A stretch of 64,000 bases of DNA from Veleropilina oligotropha (Eukaryota), in contig JBEUKZ010000024.1 of NCBI GenBank assembly GCA_048128005.1, positions 1 to 64,000 of the forward strand, given 5' to 3'. Below the pieces are notes generated by a model. The model had not been told where the DNA came from. It worked only from the letters and a program-made list of their open reading frames with translations, and made no database searches. The position numbers were made by a program, and so were the translations under genes. Every line of letters begins with the position of its first letter. The first letter of the stretch is position 1. This document shows, piece by piece, positions 35,701 to 47,700 of the stretch.

Positions 35701-38700
35701 GGATGATAATGAATTGATGTTTAACGACCACGCCAACAATATTTCAGTCATAAACAGGTCAATCAACTTTGAATAATGAAATAAGCTGGTGCTGTGTGCA
35801 ATGGATTCAGCGATGAAGGGAAAATCCCCCGCACTCCTGGGAATTGAACCCTGGACCTTTTGTTAGTACACCAGCCCCGCATCCACTTGACCACGCTGCC
35901 CTCCCCCCCCCCCCCGCCATGGGAGGAGTGGGATTTGAAACGCATGAATCATAATGAGAACACTCTCATAAGTAAGTATGATTGTCAACATTGTTTTATG
36001 ACCACTTTTAGCAACTTTTCAGATGTATCGTAGTCGGGACATCCGGTTTACGGTCTCACTCCGATCTGACCGACATACATTACGGATATGCCATCTAATA
36101 CTCATTAGTAATAGTTTTAAGCGTTAGAATAGCAATGCCGTAGCGGGGGTTTGAACCCACATCCTACCATCCCACATCATTTTTCCGATGCTCTAACCAG
36201 TTGAGCTATCGAGGACACATAAGTATGAAAGTAATGAAAAATTGCATCAATTGTCAAAGAAACGTATATCGCAGATACCTTGTTGCTTTGCATTGCCATG
36301 TGATGTACACATCTGATAAATCGTCGACATCATGCGGGTCTTGAGCAGTCCATTGTACCTCAGGGGTGGACAGCATGAACCACAGAGAAAGTGGTGCAAC
36401 CTGCCCAGCAATGAGGGCAGTGAAGTAAAATGGAACAGTCCGGCATTTAACGGATTTCATCTTGGACCATTTGAAGTTCATCTGATTAAGTGTTGATACT
36501 GCACCCGCTTTTAAGAGCAATGATGCCATGCATATAGTGTATGCCATACCTGGGAATTGAAAGATGAAATATGACAAAATATATACAAATTGTATATACA
36601 AAATGTAAATAACATAACACAAAAGAATCTGTTATATGCTTGCTCCGTTCTCTTGCACCTACACCAGAATAATACATCAATCTTTAAACTCGTCTATGAG
36701 AAAACAAAAAGAAGAATTTCTGCAATATGAATCATGCTCTGAACAAACAACTCAATTTCTGCGAAATGAGCACTGTTTAATTTTTAAAAACAAAACCAGA
36801 TTTTATAGACTTGCAAAAGGCACAAGTAGAATTAAAACCATACGGTTCAAGGTAGGACATATTACCGCTGCAGGAAAGCCTGGTCACCCATGGAACCCGC
36901 CCTCTCCAACCAGTTATGGACAACTGTGATTGATAACTGAACAAAGAATGTTTATGCCCCAGCCGAGATTTGAACTCTTTCTTGTTAGTTAACGCAGTGG
37001 AGCCAGTGATTTCAGAGTCGACACTCGATATCACATGGCTGCCTCAGAGAATATTCATCCAACTACAGGAATCAGTGATTTTGAAAATGGCAGCCAGTTT
37101 GCAATCAAACACTTATGAATTTCACTTTGGATCAATGTGCTAACGTGGTTTTTGGTAACAGACAACATGGCATAACCGGAGCAGCAGGGGGGGTGATTGG
37201 ACTTTTTAGAATGGGAAAATACAGCGCCCAGCACTATTTCAGAACTCAGGGTAGCTCGGACTAGTCAGCAGGGGAGTTTAGACTAGGGCCCCGGGGCGAC
37301 CGGGAAGGCTCCCAGCTATATTTCAGACCCCAGGGTATATCGTGTATTACAAAAAAGTTACCGTGTGTACAGCGACATAGAGCCCCCAGGGACGGCCCAC
37401 TACCCTCGCCGGCCCGGGCTCCTCAGTTATGCGAGCAGTAGCAGGGGGGGGGGGGGGTCAGTGTACTTTTTAGAATGGGAAAATACAGCGCCCAGCACCA
37501 TTTCAGAACCGAGCTGGTATTACTGTGGGGAACTAGGGATGTTCCCGGGGGTTAAATTATAACACTTACCTATGCTAGCCTGGCTCCTGTATGTTAATAG
37601 CTGTAACGTTATACCAGGAAGTATTGTTTCGCTATCAGAGTAATAATCGTAGCATGACAACAGGAAAATCTAGGACGACTTATGCGGTTGAATGGACGGC
37701 TATAGCTCATCGAGTCAATGAATAGCAATAACTCCATGAATACAAAAGCGAGCAGGCTCGCACAATAGCGTGCACTAGAGTAGCAGCAGGTGTAAATTAA
37801 AACGCTTACCTGTGGATAGTTCGGATTCCTCTTTAGTTTTTATCATGTTTTGGTACTTAGTGTCCCTGCGGTTTTTGGCTATAGCCAGTTCAAGTCTCTG
37901 CACCTGCAGCCAAGTCGTCAAAACAGATTTTTTCAAGCCAATACCTTGGTCATCAGCCATTTCGGCCTGTGAGGCCTCGTCAGAGTATCTACCAGATACT
38001 GATGGCCCCGACTGACCAAGTTATGGTGGTGTGTCGGGTGCCTAGTTCTGTTGTTACGGTTGCCTATTCGTCGTCCTTCAGTAGGTTTTGCAGCCTGCGT
38101 ACATCTGCGGCTGCTGCATCATGGGCAATTTCAAGCTCACGGAGTTTTTCGAGCATTTTTTTCATCCTCCACTTGGTTTTTTTCATGTTTTGGTATATGT
38201 TGTCCTTTCGATTTTTGGTTCGGGCCAGTTCCAGTCTTGTCGTATTTTTCGATACCTGATTATCGGCGGCTTCTTCATGCAGAAAGTTCTCGACAAAACC
38301 ACGTTGTTGGTCCATTGTCAAATTAGGTAGTTTTCTTGTAATGCTATCCATTTGTATGTGACTCGATACGTTATGGGGAGCTTATATAGTTTCTCTGTGC
38401 GTTCTACGGCCTTCTAGATCAGTTTATTGCCACATTCCCAAATATAACTTCTGACGATATCTGTACTTTCTAGAAGCTTTCCACGTACACATTTCCATAT
38501 ATAACTTGTTGACGAGCTCTGTTCGTTCTAGAGCTTTCCACGTACACATACTTGTTGACGATCTGTGATCATTCTAGAAGGCTGTATTGCCACGTGACCA
38601 TGACTCCACTAGATTACTGTCTACCATGTAAACATGGGGACTGATATATTATTTCTGTGCCAAACAGAATGTTGGGGACCAGAACAAGAAATCTGGGCCA

Positions 38701-41700
38701 ATCTTTCTTGACTTGAGCCAGTAAATGTTTATATCTGGGTCGACTCGGGACTGCGAGGTATTTCATTCATACGCGCAGAAGCAGCCAGACAGCATTTCTA
38801 TAGTACTATAGAAATGGCGTGTCATGCTTTTAACGACTGTTGCCATTGATAAATCGGGCAAGAATGGCTGACTGGGATATTAATATTATTATTTAATACA
38901 TTGATGTCTCTCCTAGTGTAGCTCTAAGCGCAGTACAAACTATAACTAATATTACAGTACAATGTACACAAGAATATACAGGAGAGACATCAATGATACA
39001 TACTTAAGCAATAATAATAATAAACAGAATATTTTTTTCGAGTTTTTCAATTTTATCTTTTTTTTTACAAGCGCAATCAGACAAAGAGGTGAAGCAGCCC
39101 CTGCGTGAACTTCAACCAACTTTGAATGGTACAATATACGCAGGGGAAAGCCGGAAAAATATGTTTTAATGCAGGAGCAGCTGGTTTATATGAATATATA
39201 GTTACCCGATATTAAAGTACAATTACAGGGTGAGATTTGTCCGACTTTTCTCCACACACCGAAGCAGCCAGACAGCATGGTATAATACTCCCCATTTTTT
39301 CCAGGACATAACGAGGGGGTCGAACACTGGACACATGTGACAGTATCTCTTGGTGTGGCAGGGCTACAGTCATTCTCTCCGATAATAAAATAGTGGCATG
39401 ACGGTGGAGAGACATCAGGGGTGGGGTCTCTACCCGGGCGAAGAAGCAAGTTTCTACGTAAGGGGTCAAATCGGGCGTTATACCTGGGATGATTTCGGTA
39501 CCTAGTCCACGTATGTTCCAGAATTAATGCAGTGTTGTGTGTCGACGCCTGGGTAGACACACCCCCTAGCCAGCACACCGCGGCAATACACAGTAGCATA
39601 GATTTCATGGATTTCATGGTTGTCCAGATATCACTGTCGATTTCTAGCTTTAATACGGGGGAGGAGCGGGGTAGTCGTGGCTACGCTCAACCTGGATAGT
39701 TAGTCGCCAGCTCCGATTTTTTTCAGCAGCTCTGCACGACCCTCTAAACGACCACGCTCAATAAGCTCGCTCTGGGTCTGTGAAATCGCGGTGTGCGCCT
39801 TCCTACTCTTATCCCGAATTGATGCCTTCATGGCTTGGTATTTCAACATCTCCCCTGTGACCAGTTGGAATTCATCATCAGACATCACCCCGTCCGATAA
39901 TGCCTTTGAGACGTGGTCGGTTATGGTATTCAGCTTGCTGTCGGCCAGGACTCGAATCTCGTCGTGTTTCTTAGCCTTCACCCCGAGGCGCCGGCTGATA
40001 TACTTTCCACCCATACTAGCGAGCCCACACCCTAATGCCGCTAGTTCCAGCACTAGGACGACCGGGGCGGCTACAATTGTGGACAGTAGACCAATTCCAG
40101 CGTTACCCATACCAAGTGTGGCGACGACTAGTCCGTTATCTATACCGTCAACGACGTTAACACCTCGTCGGTACTTTTTATATAGTGCAGCCCGAGCATC
40201 CCGTTCTCGTTCTAATTGTCCCTGAAGCTCATTCACTTTCTGTAGTCGGAAAGACTGTGCCTCATGCAGTTCCGAAGGCACATCGCCACCAAGTTGTGGG
40301 TACAGCGTTGGCGCTGAGGGTTTGTTGTCCATCATACGTGGCTGTATTGTTCCGCCTGTTTGTTTAAAATGTCTACTGTAACGTTCAAATACAGAGTGCC
40401 GACCCACGGGGCCTTGATGACAAAGGCGAGGGTTAACTTATCCGAATCCAGGCTGAGTTTACTTATGGAACATGCCTTGGGGCCCCCGGCCGGCTGGACC
40501 GGCGTCAGGTGGATCATTAGAAGGGCTGGGTTCAACCCGAACCGACCTCTAGTGTTTGGAAACATGAACTCCCTCCTCGCCAGCCCCTTATTGGGCGCTA
40601 CCCCACAATTAAGGACAAAGTGCCACCGGGTCGGGGAAGAGGGCTCGTCTGCAAGCAGGGTCCCGTAGATGCTGCTCATTGTATCGCAAGGACTGCGGAA
40701 ATAGGCATACCGTGATTGTCGAGCGGTTTACCATCTGAGTCTGTGATGTAAACCTTCAACTCTGTGATTAGCCCGGCCTGTAGTCGCCGGCCGGCGGGAT
40801 AGCTATGATAGTGGCCAGCTTCACCGAACATCTGCGACGTGATAGGGACCACCGCGAGAATAGTGCTCGGGGCGCCGTCCTTCACATTGTGCGTTGTACT
40901 AAGCTGCTCCAGGTGGACGTGCAGGGTTGGCGCTATGGCAAACCCGACAGGCTTATTCCCGTCATAAGTCCCAGGGCGTAGCCACTCGGATCTCTCCGGA
41001 GGGGGAGGTGGTTGGCCCTGTACTCCCCGAACCGGTTGGTTCAGATTCCCTGCTTTATCGAGAATAAACGAAGAGAGGTCTAAGCCGAGGAGTTTTCGTA
41101 TATCGTCACTTATCGCGAGTCGAGTCCCCTCTGGGACCACGATTCGGGCGAGCCCTGTAGCATGGCTTACATCTAGTTGTAGGTTAACTAGCGACCTCTT
41201 CATCGTCTTGGCGAGGTCATCGAAGCTGTAGAAACCTGGTGCCACGTCGACCGTGGTATCCGGGGTCTTAAAGAAGGCTCCGGCATGCACATTGTGCCAG
41301 CCTACCCAATAGTCGAGCGACTGCAAGCTGACACATAGCTTGCCGTCCCGGTTATCAATCGGCTCCAGGAGGGCAACCGCGGTCCCCTCTTGAACGTTTG
41401 TTAATGTGTGAAACATAGTAGCTATGGCTAAGAGCGCCTTTGCGTTTAATAGGAGTGCGGCCTATCCGACCGGTGTGGTGTACCCAGCAAAGATCAAAGA
41501 TGAGCAGCTTACGAGACCAAGCATCAATGTGGGTAATAGCTCAACCACTACATTCGGGGCAACATACCCTGACGTCTTTCAGAAATACCGCCTCCCTCAT
41601 GTCGCTAGTGACGGGCTGATAAGGGATTGGAACAGCACGCCGATGAGGTTCTGGCAGAACAAGGTCAATTTCGCAGTTTGGTGTGCCACAACAGGTTCCG

Positions 41701-44700
41701 GAATCTCCTCAGAAGACCACTTAAATGCGACCGACCCCCTCTCCACTGCTGTATTCACCTTCCACGTCTACTATCAGGTCAGACGAATCTTATCCGAAAT
41801 TCAGGCGCCGCTGCCACAGGACCGGACGTGGGATGCATTCGACAACCCGTATGACCGCAGGGCATATGAGAAGATCTGCAGCGAATTTGGGGTGTCTCCC
41901 CATACCGACTGGCGTGTCAAGGGTCCCAACGGCGGACTAGGCACCGCTTACAGCTACTGGACGAACAACGGCTACCACCCCATCGGACGTGACTATGATC
42001 CAAGCCGAATGTCCTTCACTAAAGGTACGACCAACACGAATCTGCACGTGGACTACATCGCGCAAGCGCCTGCACTTAAAAACGGTTGGGCTACTTTTAT
42101 TCTGGACAGGTCGGTGGGATTCACGAGGGCCGGCGTGGAAAGGCTCAATGATTCCATCAGGACCTACGTCTGGGCTATTCTTGGAGCGCAGGCTCAAACG
42201 CGTGCAAGTATTCTGGGTAGTGGGACGGCGTTTGACGCACAGAAACAGTTCCTGGCGAACGTGGAAGACGCCATCGCATCCCCCGTTGACCTCCCAGCAG
42301 CCATCAAACGGTACCAAGAGGTGCTCCAGTATGCGAGGTCCAAAGTGGACTTCGTATTCGGCGTTGGCCTGTACATGGCGCCAAGTAACATGCTTCTACG
42401 GATCGGGCAGGTGGCTGGTTATAACAATGAGATCGTCGTCGCCACGGAAGACCAGACACTCGGTCTTAATACTACGGTGAACGCGGCCAATCCTGTGCCG
42501 CACAACGCCACTGGGGATACTGGAGAAACAGGACTGGTTATTCCACAAGACTCAGATGCAAGCATACCGGTAGTTACTCCGAAGCATCCAAGCTCTCTGC
42601 CAGCTGTGGCCTCAGTGGCGGCTGTTCCAGCGGCACATGACGAGGAGAAAACCGCACTTATCGTGGGCGGCATTGTCGTTGGTCTAGCGTTTATTTGGCT
42701 TACGTGACCCACTGTCTAGCGGCAATAAGAAGCAAGCCCCCAACTGATATGACCAGTGCCCATAGGTTTTCAGCGAGCCACGATGCTGTCTTGCCAATCA
42801 GGTTGATTAGCCAGGAGACCAGGCTTCCAAGTATTCCTGGGAGCGCGGCTGCGGCCTTCCCTGCTAGTTTGCCTAGAATCCTTCCCAGGGTCTTCAGCTG
42901 CTTTTTGACCCACTCCTTGACCCCGCCCTGACCACTGGGAGGTGGTGGTGGCGTTGGCGGGCTTGTTGCTCCACCTGTCAGGGCTAGTACCAAAGTCGAG
43001 ATGGCGAGCCCGATAGCGGTCAGTATTGTTGCGATCGTAACCCCTTGCTCGCGGAACAGGGTCCGGATACGCTCGGCCAGCGTTGTGTCGGTGTTCAGGA
43101 TCCGACTTATCATCTCTCGGATCCGGCTGATTTGAGAGCGAAGGGCCTCCCGGCTTGATGATGCTGCCTCTAGGCGAGCTGCTCTTTCATCATTCAGGTC
43201 GCGCAGACGTTCCGCGATCCGTCGACGGATGAACTCATCCACACCGCCCTCTTCATCTGCCTGATCGAGCTTCATCTTCTCCAGCTCTATGTGTTCGTCC
43301 AGCGCCGTTAGTTTGGCTAGATTGTTGGTTAGTTCGCCTCGGATGGTCTGCATCGCCTTGTCAAGTCCGCGAAGCTCGCGAAGATTTAATGGAGGGTCCC
43401 CCATTGTGCCTAAGATCTCTTCAACCTCGGTATCAGTGAATTTCGTCTCCATCGTGTGGATTGCTACCGAGGCATCAGTAGCAGTCTGCCCCAAGTCCCG
43501 CAGTTCTACGTTTTCGACATTAGCGGCCGCACCGCTCAACTCGTTGTCGGCTGTCTGAAGAGCTGCAACCGCTTTTGAGGACGGCTTTTGTCCCCCCCGC
43601 GTCCAGTGTACAAAACCCAACCCTTCACGGATTGCATCACCCCCACCAGGCCGGCCAGCTATTGTTGACAACGCCAAGGGGTTGCCGGTGCGAGAATTTA
43701 TGAGATTGATGTCGGGGTAGTCCGTCATCACCAATTTCCCCCCCCTCCCTAATTTTCCCCTCACATACTTGAATTTTGAATAATCTCGCCCCGTGGCTGG
43801 GGTCTGCCCCTCCTGTGCCAGGGCTTTGTAGTAGTCGTCAACCACGCCCTGAACGAGCTCTTGCTGAAGACTGCTGGTTCCTTCCTGTGGCCGTTCCGAA
43901 AGAACAGGCATAAACCGGTCGGTGGATAGATCCACATCAGTATCGTCGATGATGGTATCATCGTTGTCGATGAGATCGTCCGGCTCGAATGCGGGGTTCT
44001 CGAATTCCGCCATTTGAATACATCAGTGGGATACGCATCTAATTCAGCCATGACTAGCGTATACGGACGCAAGCTTAATCCATACCGCAGGCTGCGTGAG
44101 CCCCTCGCAGTCAAGGGCATCCGCCAGTCGGTCACGATTACAAACAATCCATCAACGATTGCCCCGAACCAGCAGCTCCTGGTTCGGTTCCCTAATCTCG
44201 GGGCGAATGACGTGATCGTTCCAGGGACTGCCCACCTCGCATTTACCATCTCTCTGACCTCGGTAAATGCGAATAGGACTGTAGTGCAAAATATCGGCCG
44301 TGCCGTGATCAGAAAGACCACGATAAAGATAAGTGGAAACGAGATCATGTCGATTGACGACTCCGACGTGTACCACTGCTACTGCGATCTCTGGAAGACC
44401 ACCGGGGAGCGCAAGAACGCCCAGTACCAGGGGATTGATACCAGCGATGGACACAACACTACGAAGCATCGTGTTGGTGCGGCAGACGCCTTCAGACTGT
44501 CTGAGGATGTCGCGGTCGCGGCCGCGTACGGTAACCGATTCCGCATCCCGCTGGATTTCGAGCTGTTGGAAAGTCACATGCCATTCTATCAAAGCGCCCT
44601 TGGAGACCGTCTCGAGTATGAGCTAACGTTCAACGACTACTCCCGGACTATCCGGGAGACGGACGACTCCGGTTCCAGCTATTCCATCGACAATATATCC

Positions 44701-47700
44701 CTCGAATATGACATGGTAACCCAATCCGAGCTTGCCAGACGGATTCGAAATCAATACCAGGGTCAACTCGTAATCCTGTACGACCGTGTTCTCCGGCATC
44801 GGAAGCTCACCCTAGACAAGAGCGACTCGTTGTGGAATATGAATGTGAACGTACCGGCGAGGTCGATGAAAGGAATACTACTGTTGTTCGAGGACCCTGC
44901 GAGAGACGCCGCGCCATTCTCTCGCGATACTGAGGCCTTCTATAATCCGAAGATCACAAAGGTCGAGGTCACAATCGAGGGTGTCCCGAATCAAATCTAC
45001 AGCCAGGGCATGCGAACATACCAGATCTGGGAAGAAGCCAAGAAAATGTTCGCCTCCGGCTGCAGCAAGCGGCATCCTGAGGTCGCGATGGTCGCAAAGG
45101 ACTTGGAGATGGCAGACGTCACCCTGGGCGAATTTCTGACTAAGAAATTTGCGCTCTGGATCGATATGCGGGTAACTGACGACGATCAGTTGCACGGGTC
45201 AGGCCGGAGGGTCGAGAACGCCAGCGAAGGCATTACTATTCAGATCACTAAAACAGCCGAAGCGGCCGGTCCACTGAACGTCTACGAGTTCGTGATCATG
45301 GACGCACAGCTGAATATCGAGAATGGCCGATTCGTCGAAGCACTGTACTAAACGATTTCCGCACACCAAGGACCCCCACTCCGCAATCATCTGCGGCCAG
45401 ACGGGCTGTGGGAAGACGGTTTTCATGCTTGAACTGCTGGAAGGGGAGTATCGAGGCGTCTTCCGGCATATCGTGATCCTCTGCCCCACGATCAAGTACA
45501 ACAAAGCATACCAGTCTTGTCCGTGGATCTGGACCGACCCTGAGGTGTATTTAGTCCCCCCGGGTGAGCGACTCCATGACTGGCTGCGGGGGTTCTACCG
45601 ACTGTTTCAGGGGGAATCAACTTTATATATCATCGACGACTGCGCCGCGAGCAAGGCTATGGCAAAGAGGAGGGACATGCTGACTTTGTTGGCCTTCAGC
45701 GGCAGGCATGCTTCCCAGAGCGTATGGGTAGTGACGCAAAAGTACAACTCGGTCTTGAAGGAGCTCAGAGAGCAGACCCGCTGGGTCGCGCTGTTCCATT
45801 GCAAGGACCGCGACAGTTTCGAGGACTGTCTCCGCGAGAACGATGTAATCCCGTCGCAGGATGAACGGACCGAGGTTCGCCGGCTGTTGGCCGAGACACG
45901 ACACGCTAAGCTTCTGTTAAAGACCGATCAGCCCGTTGCTTATAGTGTGCTTTAGCATCTGCCTAGCATCTACAGCACTACCTAGCATGTCGGACGCTGT
46001 ATATCTAGCTTTTGCTTGCAGCCAGAGCCTGATCTTGCTCCTACTCGCTACATTGTGGTATTGGATTTACAGTTATATTAGACCGGTGAGGCGATGTTGG
46101 AAACGCTTAAGGATGGACAGCCTCATCGATCAACTTATGGATGACGAACAAGAAATGACCGTGGCCGGGCCACCCCGCTCGATGCCCGAGGACCCTAAAA
46201 CCGGCGTAGCAGAGAAACGGGAGAGGCTTGCAGCATTAGCCATTGGAGGACGGGCAGGCAAATACTTGGGGGGGAGCAACCTCACAGTTGACCGGATCGA
46301 CGCTATGACCGACGAAGAGGTTGAAAAACACTACGCACGGTATGAAGTGAGGTTAGGTGCGGAGATGACGAAGACCCTGGGGACTGCAGCTATAAACCTC
46401 TATGCGGGGGCAGCTGGGATGCTCTTGCCCATCCCACCACAAAATCAGCTACGTTTGATCGCTGACCTCGAGGCCGACCCTTTCATCTCACATGCGCTGT
46501 GCACTGCAAGCTGTGAGCTGTATTATAAATATGGCATGTACCTCGCACCGCTGACCGCAGCGTTGACCACGGCTAAGCACTGCCAATTTGGACATGTTTG
46601 CCCGCCTAAGATACCAGATCAAGATGACAACGCCGGAAGTGGACCAAGTGATCGAGAAACAGCCGATCGAGAGCCAGCCGATAGAGAGGGTGACTTCTTC
46701 GACTGACTCATCAGTGAGTAAAAAGGACCCGAAAAAAGTGGCTGCAGGGAGGGCCGGCGCTGCTGCTCGAAAAGCCAAGCAGGAGAAGCTACTGGCCGCG
46801 GTTCGAAAAATGAAAGAAGACCTGAGTGCCCCAACAAGTGTTGTCGTTCCATCAGAACAGCCCGGGGAGGCGGTTCCAGCCGCAGAAAGACCGCGTGCGC
46901 CAGATACACGGAAATCGGACCCATTTAATTGGACCCAGGTAGCCGTCGCTGCCGGTACGGTTGCGTTGGTATTTGTTGTCTGGAAGACGTCCTCAGAACG
47001 CAGCAACCCTGGTCCATCCACACCACATCAACAGCCACCAGACGCGGACGCTCGGTGCTCTCGGGCCGCCCCCACTATCGAATTGAAGAAGCAGAACCCT
47101 TTTCATATGCAATAGTCGCAAACGGTATCATTTCTATAGTACTCAACAGTTATGACTACCCCAATCACTGATGGAAAGATGCTCGGCAACGCTGTATACC
47201 ACGCCGCTATAGTGTCAGGCCTCGCCATAGGCTACGCACGCCTGACAAAGATGGTATTCAAGGGAGCGAGCCCCAAACTGGACTTCACGGGGTACGATGT
47301 CGGGATGGTCGTCCTCGACGTATCGCTCGCCATGGCGACGAAAGACATGCTGATCAAGCAAGGCATCATTCCGGCCGATATATTGAAGTAGTGGGACCTT
47401 GCTAGATAATCGCAGCATTTCAATGGCTTCCATTGCGATGCTGGTTGGGGGCGCTCTCGTCAACGCCCTCGCCTTCAGCGGCTCCAACTTCCTCTTCTCG
47501 AAGCTACGCAGCTCCGGTGTCGATGCGGAGCGTAAACGCCACGACATTGCTGTAGAACAGCTCAACGCTGCTCAGACTAAATGGTCACAACAGAGGGCAG
47601 AGCGTCTCGACTGGCTGAACGTTGAACTTCGCCGCCAGGGTCATGCCGTTGGCACATTCCGGGATGTTGACGCCGCGATCCGTGAGTATGCATTGATCAC

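Noticed and set aside
36135..36215. tRNA-like sequence on the - strand (also near 16670 and 16950)
   Set aside because: A/B-box-like motifs present, but no clean cloverleaf or anticodon arm by eye; more likely SINE heads
37775..37809. Putative 35-nt intron in the small viral ORF
   Set aside because: The donor looks good, but the intron would be unusually short; unsupported without transcripts
39791..40668. + strand ORFs 39791-40225 and 40360-40668
   Set aside because: Antisense shadows of - strand genes that tile with ATGA overlaps
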